IMG/VR virus record: IMGVR_UViG_3300031413_000005
Location: 1-64,000 of that record
Strand: one strand, 5' to 3'
Origin: a virus
Length of the DNA stretch: 64,000 nucleotides
Shown: piece by piece, positions 18,815 through 27,793 of the stretch
Layout of the letters: each line of letters begins with the position of its first letter
Numbering within the stretch: position 1 is the first letter of the stretch
Program-made: the position numbers and the translations under genes
The notes under the pieces: generated by a model
The model's database searches: none
What the model saw: the letters and a program-made list of their open reading frames with translations, nothing else
What the model was told of the DNA's origin: nothing

Positions 18815-19575
18815 GCAGCCTCCTTCAGCGGCTCGGGCTCGATCCCGGTGATCTGGGGCAGGTATTTGCCCGTCATCGACAGCGTGAAGCCGTGCTGCAC
18901 CTCCTTGGCGCACATGACCGAGTATGCGGTCGGCGCGAGCACCGCGGCGGTCTTGAGGTCGCCCTCGCTCGACATGATGCAGAAGCGGCAGCTTTTGCGC
19001 GTCATGCCCTTCTCGTAGATCCAGAACGGCTTCTCGTTCGCCAGCTTGATGAGGTGGAAGACGTGCGCGGTCGTCAGGTTGTGGATCGGGAGCCAGTCAT
19101 ACCACTCGCGACCGGCCTTGCTGTTGGCTTCCGAGTGCTTGAACGCGACGAGCTTCGAGCGGCCGGGCGACTCCCCTGCCCTCATGCCCATGCAATTCAC
19201 GATCAGCCCGCCAAACTCCGGGTGCGCCTTCAGATAGCGACGGATCTCGCGCTGGATCGGGCCGCGCTTGAGGTCTGACGTGCATTGCCGGTTCTTCGGT
19301 GACGGGAACATGCCGCGGTGGTCGACCATCTGGTAGAAGGTCTTGGTGCCGTGCGCGACGATCACCGGTATCCCGTCAGCGTAGCGCTCGACGTGCTCCA
19401 GCGTGCGATCCCACTCGACTTCGGGCAGGTGTGCGTGGATGATGAGAAGCTGACGCTTCGGGATCGTGCGCTTGAGCATGACCTTCATGGCCTGGCTGTC
19501 TTTGCCGCCACTGTCGTTGATGACGAACAGCGCGCCTCGATCGATCAGCTTTTGGATCTGTGGATTAGCCGACAT
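18811..19575 (-). CDS. phosphoadenosine phosphosulfate (PAPS) reductase family protein
   Basis: PP-loop SGGKDS, RQCTSDLK, GMRAGES, WLPI, SCRFC; likely start ATG 19575. Confidence 0.85.
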   Translation of the reverse strand: MSANPQIQKLIDRGALFVINDSGGKDSQAMKVMLKRTIPKRQLLIIHAHLPEVEWDRTLEHVERYADGIPVIVAHGTKTFYQMVDHRGMFPSPKNRQCTSDLKRGPIQREIRRYLKAHPEFGGLIVNCMGMRAGESPGRSKLVAFKHSEANSKAGREWYDWLPIHNLTTAHVFHLIKLANEKPFWIYEKGMTRKSCRFCIMSSEGDLKTAAVLAPTAYSVMCAKEVQHGFTLSMTGKYLPQITGIEPEPLKEAA

Positions 19576-19580
19576 ATGGA

Positions 19581-19811
19581 TTAGTCGGCTGTTGCGAGGG
19601 CTTCGAGGTTCGTGACCAACGTCGCTACGTTGGGCATGATCGCGCCAAGGTCGATCTTCCGATCGCGCCAGTCGATCGCGCGGTAAATGATGCCCTTGAC
19701 GACTTCCCGAGCCTTCACGCGGATAAACTCGGCGTCTGCGGCCTCCGCTGCCTCCTGAGTTTCGTGCGTGCCGCCCTGGTCGTCGAGCCAACCTGTGTAT
19801 TGTCTAGCCAT
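19581..19811 (-). CDS. hypothetical protein
   Basis: AGGA SD. Confidence 0.6.
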   Translation of the reverse strand: MARQYTGWLDDQGGTHETQEAAEAADAEFIRVKAREVVKGIIYRAIDWRDRKIDLGAIMPNVATLVTNLEALATAD

Positions 19812-19835
19812 TTGATGGTCCTGTCGATTAGTCGA

Positions 19836-20033
19836 TTAGTCCGTCACGCGCGGCGTGTCGCTGACGTAGTGGTCCTTGGAGAGGTTGGCGGTGTCGTCCT
19901 GGACCCACTCGACACCGTCCGCGCGCGAGGCGAGTAGCGCGAGTTCTTCGGCGTGCTCGGGGCTGTCTGCGGTGACGGTAATCTCTGCGCTCTCGGTCGT
20001 GTCCCGCGTGACCGCTACGGTGTATTCCTGCAT
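19836..20033 (-). CDS. hypothetical protein
   Basis: AGGAG SD; VTADSPEHAEELA motif. Confidence 0.65.
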   Translation of the reverse strand: MQEYTVAVTRDTTESAEITVTADSPEHAEELALLASRADGVEWVQDDTANLSKDHYVSDTPRVTD

Positions 20034-20100
20034 CGTAAAATGCTCCTGTCTTCTAGTTGCTTTGTCGATATATCGATTTGCAGACTAGCGGTCGGGTGGG

Positions 20101-20721
20101 CTATGCAGCCTGCACTGCGGGGAGACCGAGCGCCGCGTTCAGATCCTGCACCGGGATCGCCGGCACGTTGGACTTCGGGGCAGTCTTGATGAACTCCCTC
20201 GCGATCGGCATCACATCAGGCCACACCGCTTCGAGCTGCCCGTCCGTGCGCGTCTGATTCAACACGGCCATGATCTCGCAGCGGCGCGTGACGATCTCCT
20301 CTTTCAGGGCCTCGCGCTCGGTTGCCCAGTCCATGCAGCGCTGACCAAGGTTGTCGTCAGCCTCCAGCGAAAGCATGTTCCCATTGCGATGTTTGTCGAG
20401 GCAGGTGAATTGCGCGCACTGCTCACGCGGCACGAGGCGATCGACGTCGCACATGGTAAGCACGCTTTCGTCGCGCCGGGTACCAATGCTGAGCTGCATG
20501 CCGCCAATCGCGATCTTGAGAACGCGCCGATCGGTGAACTCCTCGTACTTGTCTTGGAGAAGCCGGATCGCTGCACGCTCTGCCCGCGAGTAGCACCGCT
20601 CGTAGATCTCTTTCGCAAGATCGTTGCCGATCACCGCGAGCTCCACGCACCGGTCGGTAAAGGCGTGCTTGATGACCGCGCCTGTAATGCGGCTTCGGGT
20701 CTCGTTCGTGATGATCGTCAT
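20101..20721 (-). CDS. Nmad5-like (nucleotide modification-associated) protein
   Basis: Helical; C-terminal T..QL..VWPD and LP...LN..LGL pattern. Confidence 0.55.
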   Translation of the reverse strand: MTIITNETRSRITGAVIKHAFTDRCVELAVIGNDLAKEIYERCYSRAERAAIRLLQDKYEEFTDRRVLKIAIGGMQLSIGTRRDESVLTMCDVDRLVPREQCAQFTCLDKHRNGNMLSLEADDNLGQRCMDWATEREALKEEIVTRRCEIMAVLNQTRTDGQLEAVWPDVMPIAREFIKTAPKSNVPAIPVQDLNAALGLPAVQAA

Positions 20722-20799
20722 GTCGTCTAGTCCGTTGATCGATTTATGAGTTAGCGGATGGCGTAGAGATTTGGTGCCGGCGCCGGGAGCCAGGAGGCG

Positions 20800-21549
20800 T
20801 TAGGCAGCGAGCTCGCGCAGCTTGGCGCCGAGCGCGGTGTTCGAGAGCTTGAACTTGCGACCGTCCTGGGAGACCAGACCGAACATGCGGAACAGCGATG
20901 TCATCTGCTGGCTCTGCGCACGAGCGGTGCCCATACCGAGACCGGCGTCGGTGTAGACCTTCACCAAGTCCGTGCTGGTGATCTCGCCGACCTTCACGAG
21001 CTCGGTGACTGCCAGCGACGTGAAGCGCGACAGCTTCTTACCGGTGTTGACCGCGGCCATTGCGTTATCAGCCTTCTCGCGTACCTTCTTGGCAGCGTCG
21101 TCCAGCCGACTCGAGAGAGCAGCGCGGTCGATCTCGCTCAGCAGAGCGGCGAAGGCGACCGGATCGGTCGCTGGGGCAGGGGAGGGGGTAGCTACCGGGG
21201 CATGGAGGGGGTCTTCTGCCCCGGTAGCAGCACCGACGGGTTGAGGATCAACCGCCGACGCATCTGGGAAACTGGTGGGAGCCTTGCGCTTGCGAGCGGG
21301 CTTCGTGATAACCTGGGGAGCAGCCGAAGGTTCCGGCGCGGTCGACCCGGCGTTGTTGATTTCTGCAAGGATCGCATCGACGTCGATCGTGACGGCGTCG
21401 AGCGGAGCCTCCATCGGCAAATCGATCTGCGGATTTGTCGACACGATGATCTGCGGATTTGTCGACGAGCCATTCGCGATCGCGATGATGGCGTCGATGT
21501 CGTCCAGGTTGAGCTGCTCGGTCGCTGCGGTGTTCGTCTGCTGGTTCAT
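20800..21549 (-). CDS. hypothetical protein, C-terminal winged-helix-like
   Basis: GAGGAG SD; GTARAQSQQM..LF..FG motif. Confidence 0.7.
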   Translation of the reverse strand: MNQQTNTAATEQLNLDDIDAIIAIANGSSTNPQIIVSTNPQIDLPMEAPLDAVTIDVDAILAEINNAGSTAPEPSAAPQVITKPARKRKAPTSFPDASAVDPQPVGAATGAEDPLHAPVATPSPAPATDPVAFAALLSEIDRAALSSRLDDAAKKVREKADNAMAAVNTGKKLSRFTSLAVTELVKVGEITSTDLVKVYTDAGLGMGTARAQSQQMTSLFRMFGLVSQDGRKFKLSNTALGAKLRELAA

Positions 21550-21630
21550 GATAATCTCCTCGATTTCGGTGCAGCGTTGTTCGCTGCGGTGATTATGAAA
21601 TAGCAGCGACCGAGACGGGGTCCGCTTGGC

Positions 21631-22137
21631 TTACGAAGCGGTCTTGGTGGCTTTCGGTGCGCGCTTACGCGGGGCAGGGGCGGGGACAGCCTCGGGCTCC
21701 GCTGCGATCTTGACCACGGGCGTCGGCGTGGGCGTTGCGATGACCGCCTGATAGTCGCGCGTCAGCTCGTCGACCGCGACGGCGAGGTAGCTCGCTGCGT
21801 AATTCAGGAGATACGAGCGATCGTCATCCGACTCCTTGTCGGCAGCGTCGCGCAGCGCCTGGTGATTGTCGACCGCGCGCTGGAGGGCATCGTTCGGCGT
21901 CATGCCGGTGTATTCGAACGAGAGCGTGTGCTGCTCGATCGTGATGCCGGTCAGGATGCCCAGCGGGATTGCAAAATCGAACGCCTTCTTGGCGTCGATG
22001 CCGATCGAAATGCTACGCGTCATGTCTTCTAGTCCTCTTGCTGATTTGTCGATTTGTTGACTGGTTGATAACCGTGCGGCGTCATAGCGGGCAGCGATGA
22101 TCTTGATCTCGGCAATCATTGCCCGCGACAGGAACAC
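21631..22137 (-). CDS. hypothetical protein
   Basis: ORF; true start may be ATG 22023. Confidence 0.55.
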   Translation of the reverse strand: MFLSRAMIAEIKIIAARYDAARLSTSQQIDKSARGLEDMTRSISIGIDAKKAFDFAIPLGILTGITIEQHTLSFEYTGMTPNDALQRAVDNHQALRDAADKESDDDRSYLLNYAASYLAVAVDELTRDYQAVIATPTPTPVVKIAAEPEAVPAPAPRKRAPKATKTAS

Positions 22138-22683
22138 CTACGCGAGCCCTGCGATCTGAAACTGACCGATCCGGCGAGCCTCGAAGAAGCACTGCGCCAT
22201 GACACCGACGTCGTACTCCGCTGAGTGAGCGAGAGCCGGATCGTATGGGACGTCGAGGCATTGGCAGAGTTCGCCCAGTCGCGGGATCTTGCCGTTGCCC
22301 GTAGCCCACCGCGCGCCTGCCATAGTGTCGAAGGTTCGCTTAAACGTGAACAAATGGCCGACGCGTGCGAGCTCCCGGATCGTGAACGGAAAATCGAAGA
22401 AATCCCCGTTATGCGCACACACCAAATCGCCGCGGCGAAGGCGCTCGATCACCTCGGGTGCGAGGACGTCGAACGTCGGCTCGTTCTCCAGCTCCGCAAG
22501 CGTGATGCCGTGAACCTGCTGTGCCTTCGCGTCGATCCGGCGCAGCGGGTTGCAGCGCCGGGTCCACGTTTCGATGTGTGCGCCGGTCGCGAGGTCGAAG
22601 TCCATGATCGTGAACTCGACGAAGCGATGCTCCGGTTCGTTCTTGCCCGTCGTCTCCGTGTCGTAGAAGCTGACGATCGTCAT
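22138..22683 (-). CDS. DEDDh 3'-5' exonuclease (DnaQ-like)
   Basis: YDTETTG, AHNGDFFD, AHSAEYD. Confidence 0.9.
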   Translation of the reverse strand: MTIVSFYDTETTGKNEPEHRFVEFTIMDFDLATGAHIETWTRRCNPLRRIDAKAQQVHGITLAELENEPTFDVLAPEVIERLRRGDLVCAHNGDFFDFPFTIRELARVGHLFTFKRTFDTMAGARWATGNGKIPRLGELCQCLDVPYDPALAHSAEYDVGVMAQCFFEARRIGQFQIAGLA

Positions 22684-22820
22684 AAGGCCCCGCAGACCCG
22701 CGCGATGACGAAGCACACCACGGCTGCATAAACCGTCAGGAATATGAAGCCGCTACGCCGAGCCCGCATACGCTGGGAGATGGTCGGCTCTGGATCTGCC
22801 CAGCCGATGTGCGTCGCCAT
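22680..22820 (-). CDS. small membrane protein
   Basis: Coupled 46-aa ORF MATHIGW...FIFLTVYAAVVCFVI. Confidence 0.45.
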   Translation of the reverse strand: MATHIGWADPEPTISQRMRARRSGFIFLTVYAAVVCFVIARVCGAL

Positions 22821-23044
22821 CACAAACGGTTCCCGTTGATTGCAGCCAGGCGCAGGCCCGATGGGGGAGGGGGCGCGACGATGGTCGCCTGCGCACCCTT
22901 CAACATGACCTGCTTGCCGTCAGGGCGAAGACCGATGATGGCGCCGATCGTCATGCCGTCCGCAAGGCCGGCGCCCATCTCCTTGAGTGCGGCTTCGACA
23001 CCGGCCTTCAGAAGGGCTTCGGGGATGAAAATCTGGTTGCTCAT
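22820..23044 (-). CDS. hypothetical protein
   Basis: ATGA-coupled. Confidence 0.55.
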   Translation of the reverse strand: MSNQIFIPEALLKAGVEAALKEMGAGLADGMTIGAIIGLRPDGKQVMLKGAQATIVAPPPPSGLRLAAINGNRL

Positions 23045-23229
23045 GCCGCCACGAAGACCTTCTTGTGACCCTGCATGACGATGAACTTGGTGCCAGGGTG
23101 GAGCCGTGCGAGCCGCTCGGCTTCAGTGGTCGCCGCGCCCTCGTCTGCATGGACGAACACCGGCTTGCGACCGCGCTTGGTCCATACGAACCAGCCGTCC
23201 TTCTTCTCGGTGATGATTTCCTGCTGCAT
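23041..23229 (-). CDS. hypothetical phage protein
   Basis: EAERLARLHPG.KF motif. Confidence 0.65.
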   Translation of the reverse strand: MQQEIITEKKDGWFVWTKRGRKPVFVHADEGAATTEAERLARLHPGTKFIVMQGHKKVFVAA

Positions 23230-23259
23230 TTCGTCTCGTCTTTCTGTGCGTGTGGTCGA

Positions 23260-23856
23260 CTATGCAGCGCGCTGGTGCGGAAACCGAGCGGCTACAAAGT
23301 CGAGGCATGCGGCGATGCGATCATGCCGGTCGATGTTCGTGCGGAGCAGCTGCCCCTTGGTGATCTCGATCTCGTCGTCGAACAGCATGCCGCGGATCAG
23401 CATGTGCAGGTGCTCCTGATACGCCACGTTCAGCGGAGGCTTGCCTGGGGCTTCCTCGAACTCGATTGCAGGCGGGACCAGGATCACGACGTCGAACAAG
23501 CGAGCCGTATTGACCATGGCCTTCTCGACGTACCGAACCACGGTCTCGTAACAGTGCGGGTTTCCTGCGGACGCGGTCGCGTCGGCCAAGAGGTAGGCAG
23601 CTGCATCGAGCGGCGTGCGGTCGCTGACGAAGCCAGCGGGGTTCGCTTCCAGGTTGCCGAGCATGTCGAGCATCTGGTCGACCTGCATCGTCAGCCCGTT
23701 CAAGGTCAGCCGGTTGTCCTTCGCCATGTCGAAACCGTGCTCCGCTGCTACGGTGCTTGCGCGGCACGACACGAGGGGAAGTTTGTGAACCCGCGCGATG
23801 GAGCGGGCGAGGGTGCTCTTACCTGTGCGGTGAGCGCCCGTGAAACCAATACGAAT
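23260..23856 (-). CDS. P-loop NTPase (NadR/AAA_28-like nucleotide kinase), non-canonical ATT start
   Basis: In-frame IRIGFTGAHRTGKST lies upstream of the track start; VSDRTPLD motif; GGAG SD 7 nt before ATT 23856. Confidence 0.75.
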   Translation of the reverse strand: MRIGFTGAHRTGKSTLARSIARVHKLPLVSCRASTVAAEHGFDMAKDNRLTLNGLTMQVDQMLDMLGNLEANPAGFVSDRTPLDAAAYLLADATASAGNPHCYETVVRYVEKAMVNTARLFDVVILVPPAIEFEEAPGKPPLNVAYQEHLHMLIRGMLFDDEIEITKGQLLRTNIDRHDRIAACLDFVAARFPHQRAA

Positions 23857-23879
23857 GATGCTTCTCCGCGGATGGGGTA

Positions 23880-23905
23880 GGCTCCCGGCGCCGGCGCCGG
23901 GAGCC
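23880..23905. repeat. perfect 26-bp palindrome (partial copy at 20776-20794)
   Basis: GGCTCCCGGCGCC|GGCGCCGGGAGCC. Confidence 0.8.
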
Positions 23906-23911
23906 AGGGTG

Positions 23912-24412
23912 TCATTCTGCGACGAGGCCGAGCTGGTCGGACAGGAACTGAACGATCGCGCGCTGGCCGATCAGATCATTGTTCATGTCGCTGATGAGCT
24001 GAAGCGGGCAGACCATGCCGTCGTCGGTCTCGATCATGTGGCTCTCGCCCATCGCCTCGATCTGCTTGCGCAGCGCGAGGATCTCGTACTTCTGCTCCAG
24101 CAGGATGCGCGTCGCGGTTACCGCGGGGTTGTCCTCGCCGTCGGGTACGGAGAGTCGCTCGGGCATCTCGTTCAGCAGCACGGAGCCAAGCGCGTGAACC
24201 GAGCGCAGGATCGTGAGATTGCGATCCTCGGACGGTGCTTCTGCCTTGCAGTTATCCGCCTCCGGGGCAGGCGAGGGCTGGTCGGTGCGGTCCCGCTGAA
24301 GCGCGCTCGCCAGAATGATCGCCAGAAGCCTGCCAATCGAGTTGCTGTCTGCTGCCTTGCGTCCAGCGTTCTTAGCGTCGTCAAAAGCGGCTGAATTGGT
24401 CGGTGCGTTCAT
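23912..24412 (-). CDS. hypothetical protein
   Basis: ATG is inside a 25-bp motif copy. Confidence 0.6.
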   Translation of the reverse strand: MNAPTNSAAFDDAKNAGRKAADSNSIGRLLAIILASALQRDRTDQPSPAPEADNCKAEAPSEDRNLTILRSVHALGSVLLNEMPERLSVPDGEDNPAVTATRILLEQKYEILALRKQIEAMGESHMIETDDGMVCPLQLISDMNNDLIGQRAIVQFLSDQLGLVAE

Positions 24413-24445
24413 GTGTGTTGTCTCCTATGCACACAATAGAAAGGG

Positions 24446-25105
24446 TTAGGCGGGCAGGAGGGTCCGAAGAACCATCTCAGTCCACCCCTCGAGGTTCAGC
24501 GTGCCAGCTGCGTTGCGGTCGAGCAGCGATTGCGGCGTCTCCCACTCAGCATTGGCGATCGCGTCCTCGAACGTGAAATCGTGAGCGGCGAGCATACCGG
24601 TGTCGATCACGATAACGAAACCGATATGAACTGCATCAACGGGTGTCGCCTGGCTCTGAATCACATGCGTGATGTCCCAGATAGCCGCTGCGGTCTCGCT
24701 ATCCACCTCGCTCGCGGTCGGCAGACTTAGGTCAACCTCCTCCTCGAGCTCGCGGGCTGCGGACACGACCAGCGTTTCCAGCAGCGCGATCGCGCCGTTG
24801 TCGTCGATCACGACGTCAGCGACATCGACGTGCCCACCCAGGCCGACCGAGATCTTGTCGTGAAGCCGTGCCTCGTTGCCGGCGTTCGCTCGCTTGTAGG
24901 CCAGAACCTTATCGCCCTTGCGCAGGACGATGTAGGGGATTGGCTGCACGAAGCGCGCGTCCATCTCCAGGAGGGGCCGAGGCCCCACCCAGACGATGCT
25001 GCGCTTCAAGATGCCGTCGATCACCTTGCGCTCGCCGGTGATACCGAAGCCCGTCACGCCGATCGAGGACGTGTCGAGGGCGAGAATGTGCGCAAGCTTG
25101 CTCAC
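24446..25105 (-). CDS. NUDIX-like phosphoesterase
   Basis: QPIPY, EARLHDKISVGLGGH, ARELEEEV. Confidence 0.85.
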   Translation of the reverse strand: MSKLAHILALDTSSIGVTGFGITGERKVIDGILKRSIVWVGPRPLLEMDARFVQPIPYIVLRKGDKVLAYKRANAGNEARLHDKISVGLGGHVDVADVVIDDNGAIALLETLVVSAARELEEEVDLSLPTASEVDSETAAAIWDITHVIQSQATPVDAVHIGFVIVIDTGMLAAHDFTFEDAIANAEWETPQSLLDRNAAGTLNLEGWTEMVLRTLLPA

Positions 25106-26001
25106 TTGCTACCCACCGCTGCGATCTTGTTGAGCTGGTCGACGACGTCGCCACCGAAGCGGGCGAGCGTGGCCTGGCCCGAGAAGTCGATGTCAGCGAA
25201 GATCAGCGGCGCATAGTCCCGAGCGTGCGGGAGCAGGTCATGTGCGAACATACGGATCTCAGCGTCCGCGTGGACGCTGCCGCGCATGAACAGAATATGC
25301 CGGAGCTCGCGCATGTTGCAGGTGAACGTCAGCCGCGTCTCGGCTGCGGACGGCAGGTTGTAGCGCGCCGCCTCGTTGACCCGCTTCTTGAGCTCGCGGC
25401 GATCGGTGACGCCATGCTCGATGAGGAACGCACGATAGTCGTCCTGCATGGCGACATAGGTTTCGAGGTCACGCGAGCAGGACGCAGCGAAGCGCTGGAA
25501 CGCCGGGTGCATGTAGACTTCTTCCGGCGAGAGGCCGGCGACGATGTCACGAAGGAGGGGAGGGACCACGAACATCATGTCCTTGGCGTCGACGTACCGC
25601 TGACTTTCCTGGCTGTAGGCCGTGCCGACACGATGCCGAATCAGTTCGTGCGTGAGGTTGCGGCTAACGCCTGCAATCTGGAAGACGAGCGAGCTGTGCT
25701 CCAGGACGGAGCCGTGCCCTTCGGCCTTGATGTTGGCGATATACTCGTCGGCCGGGCGCCCCGCGCCGAACGAACGATAGCATTGACGGCCGGCATATTC
25801 GGCGATGTCATCGCCATTGCCGAAGCCGTTCTCGAGCACGCGGCCGACGAGCTCGTTTAGCGGCGAGCGGTCCTTCTCGGCAGCGTCCTGCGCACCGATT
25901 GCGTCGATTGAACTTTCGATATTTTCAAAGGTCATCACCGTTTGACCGGTTACGGATACGGAACACTGGAACACGAAGCGCTCGATGGGCAACATCTTCA
26001 A
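25102..26001 (-). CDS. thyX: FAD-dependent thymidylate synthase
   Basis: GHGSVLEH, RHR-x7-S (RHRVGTAYSQESQRY), HADAEIR. Confidence 0.95.
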   Translation of the reverse strand: MKMLPIERFVFQCSVSVTGQTVMTFENIESSIDAIGAQDAAEKDRSPLNELVGRVLENGFGNGDDIAEYAGRQCYRSFGAGRPADEYIANIKAEGHGSVLEHSSLVFQIAGVSRNLTHELIRHRVGTAYSQESQRYVDAKDMMFVVPPLLRDIVAGLSPEEVYMHPAFQRFAASCSRDLETYVAMQDDYRAFLIEHGVTDRRELKKRVNEAARYNLPSAAETRLTFTCNMRELRHILFMRGSVHADAEIRMFAHDLLPHARDYAPLIFADIDFSGQATLARFGGDVVDQLNKIAAVGSK

Positions 26002-26081
26002 TTTCGGCCTTTCAATTCGTTACAGACCACCCCGACGCGCTCGCTTCAATATGTGTGCAAGCGGTGCGGTGCGATGTGTGT

Positions 26082-26110
26082 TGTCTACCCTGCACCTCTA
26101 CGTCTCGCAA
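26082..26110 (-). promoter_or_regulatory. thyX promoter with two operator copies (26074-26095, 26116-26136)
   Basis: TTGCGA-17-TAGACA. Confidence 0.55.
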
Positions 26111-26135
26111 GCGAAATGTATGTGGTCGACTATGC

Positions 26136-26164
26136 AAAAAAAGGCGGGGAATCACCCCCGCCTT
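26136..26164 (-). terminator. rho-independent terminator after nrdB
   Basis: AAGGCGGGG-loop-CCCCGCCTT followed by T tract. Confidence 0.85.
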
Positions 26165-26169
26165 AAATA

Positions 26170-26185
26170 GTTAACAAATAGTTAA
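26170..26185 (-). promoter_or_regulatory. CtrA-type box
   Basis: TTAA-CTATTTG-TTAAC. Confidence 0.55.
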
Positions 26186-26195
26186 TTTGGTTTCG

Positions 26196-27149
26196 TTAAT
26201 CGTCCCAGTCGCCCTTCGCAGCCGCCTTAGAATATTCGGTGGCCTTCTGTTCGAAGAAGTTGGCGTGCTCCTGACCGAACGCCATCACGTAGACCCACGG
26301 CAGGGGATCTTCGGTGACGTCAGCGTAGATGTCCCAGTAGCCGAGCTCGCGCATGCGCTGGTTCGCGATCCACCGAATGTACCGCTTGAGCTCCGCGGCG
26401 GTCATGCCGGGAACGTCGCCAGCGGCGAACACGAGGTCGATGAACTTGTCCTCGTGGTGGACAGCCTCGCGTGCGATCTCCTCGATGCGCACCTTCAGCT
26501 TGGCGCGGTCGATCTCGGGATGCTCGCGCAGCCAAGTGTGGAACACCTTCATCATGCCCTGACAGTGGAGCGTCTCGTCACGCACCGACCACGACACGAT
26601 CTGCCCCATGCCCTTCATCAGGTTCTGGCGGGGGAGGTTCATGAGGAAGGCGAACGAGCCGAACAGCTTCAGCCCCTCGCCGAAGCCCGACACCGCCGCG
26701 AGTGTCTCTGCGACCTTGAAGGCGTCGGTGGGCTCGAAGGATCGGAACCAGTCGGCCGCGTCGACCATCTCCTGGTATTCCTTGAAGGCGTGGGCCTGCT
26801 CGGAAGGGATGCCCAGCGTGTCGAGCAAGTGCCGGTACGCGTGGACGTGAATGGTCTCCATGTTGGAGAACGCCGACAGCATCATCTTGACCGACACCGG
26901 CTTGAAGACGGCGCTGTACCGCTGGTGGTAGCAGTCCTGCACCTCGACGTCGGCCTGGGTGAAGAACAGGAAGATCATGTCGATCGCGGAGCGCATGCGC
27001 GGGTTGAGCGTCTTATACTGCTTCACGTCGTCGCCCATCGGGACTTCGTCAGCGAGCCAGTGCATTTGCTGGGCGCGCTTCCAGAAATCCATCGCCCAGG
27101 GGTACGGGTCTTCTGCGCCGAAGATCATCTCTGCGTTGTCGAGTGCCAT
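26196..27149 (-). CDS. nrdB: ribonucleotide reductase class I beta subunit
   Basis: FFTQAD, ETIH..AY, EG..LF.SF, RDETLH, NFFEQKATEY; start MALDN at 27149. Confidence 0.95.
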   Translation of the reverse strand: MALDNAEMIFGAEDPYPWAMDFWKRAQQMHWLADEVPMGDDVKQYKTLNPRMRSAIDMIFLFFTQADVEVQDCYHQRYSAVFKPVSVKMMLSAFSNMETIHVHAYRHLLDTLGIPSEQAHAFKEYQEMVDAADWFRSFEPTDAFKVAETLAAVSGFGEGLKLFGSFAFLMNLPRQNLMKGMGQIVSWSVRDETLHCQGMMKVFHTWLREHPEIDRAKLKVRIEEIAREAVHHEDKFIDLVFAAGDVPGMTAAELKRYIRWIANQRMRELGYWDIYADVTEDPLPWVYVMAFGQEHANFFEQKATEYSKAAAKGDWDD

Positions 27150-27163
27150 GTGTGTGTTACTTT

Positions 27164-27793
27164 CTATGCACCGGGCGCGCGAAGCGGCCGTGCATCTCGT
27201 GGGTGAATGTATCGGATGGTGGGGAAGGCGTCGGTGGGCTTCGACCAGTCCCAGAAATACCACGCGAAGCTGAAGCGCGGGGACTTGTCCCCCTTCTTCT
27301 TGGCGAACCACCGCGGCCTCTCGGTCACGATCAGCTTCATGCAGTAGGCCGGGTGCCCTTCGAACAGATCCGGCCGGTCCTTTGATGACGTGTCCCAGTC
27401 GGTGCGCAGGAACATCGCGACCTTACCGCCGACCGCCTTGGTGTGCTCCAGGGCCGCGCGAACGAAAGGCTCGGCCATGTCGCCATAGGGCGGGTTGGTG
27501 ATGATCGCGGTAACGCCACGCGGCGCCGTGGTTGCAGCAAGGAAGTCCACCGGGGCGGTGCCAAAGCCGCGGTTGATGAGGTCGGTGCTGTAGACCCGCG
27601 CGCCCAGCTCACGCATGCGCTTCGAGAGATGTCCCTCACCACACGCCGGCTCCCAGACAACCATGTCGTGCATCGCGATGAAGTGCGCGAGGCAGTCGAA
27701 GTAGCGGGGAGGGGTCGGATAAAAATCATTCTCGATGCGCTCGTATCCCGAAGGACCCAGCATAGCCGGGTCCTTCATCGTACTGTCGCTCAC
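27164..27793 (-). CDS. amino-type DNA methyltransferase
   Basis: DFYPTP, VWEPACGEG, IITNPPY. Confidence 0.85.
   Translation of the reverse strand: MSDSTMKDPAMLGPSGYERIENDFYPTPPRYFDCLAHFIAMHDMVVWEPACGEGHLSKRMRELGARVYSTDLINRGFGTAPVDFLAATTAPRGVTAIITNPPYGDMAEPFVRAALEHTKAVGGKVAMFLRTDWDTSSKDRPDLFEGHPAYCMKLIVTERPRWFAKKKGDKSPRFSFAWYFWDWSKPTDAFPTIRYIHPRDARPLRAPGA

Larger units (their letters stand above)
17940..22074 (-). repeat. dispersed arrays of degenerate 8-bp direct repeats (GACWAATC-like), possible centromere (parS/parC)
   Basis: Arrays near 17940-18000, 18571-18615, 19540-19588, 19800-19842, 20045-20090, 20716-20772, 21415-21465, 22018-22074. Confidence 0.6.
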
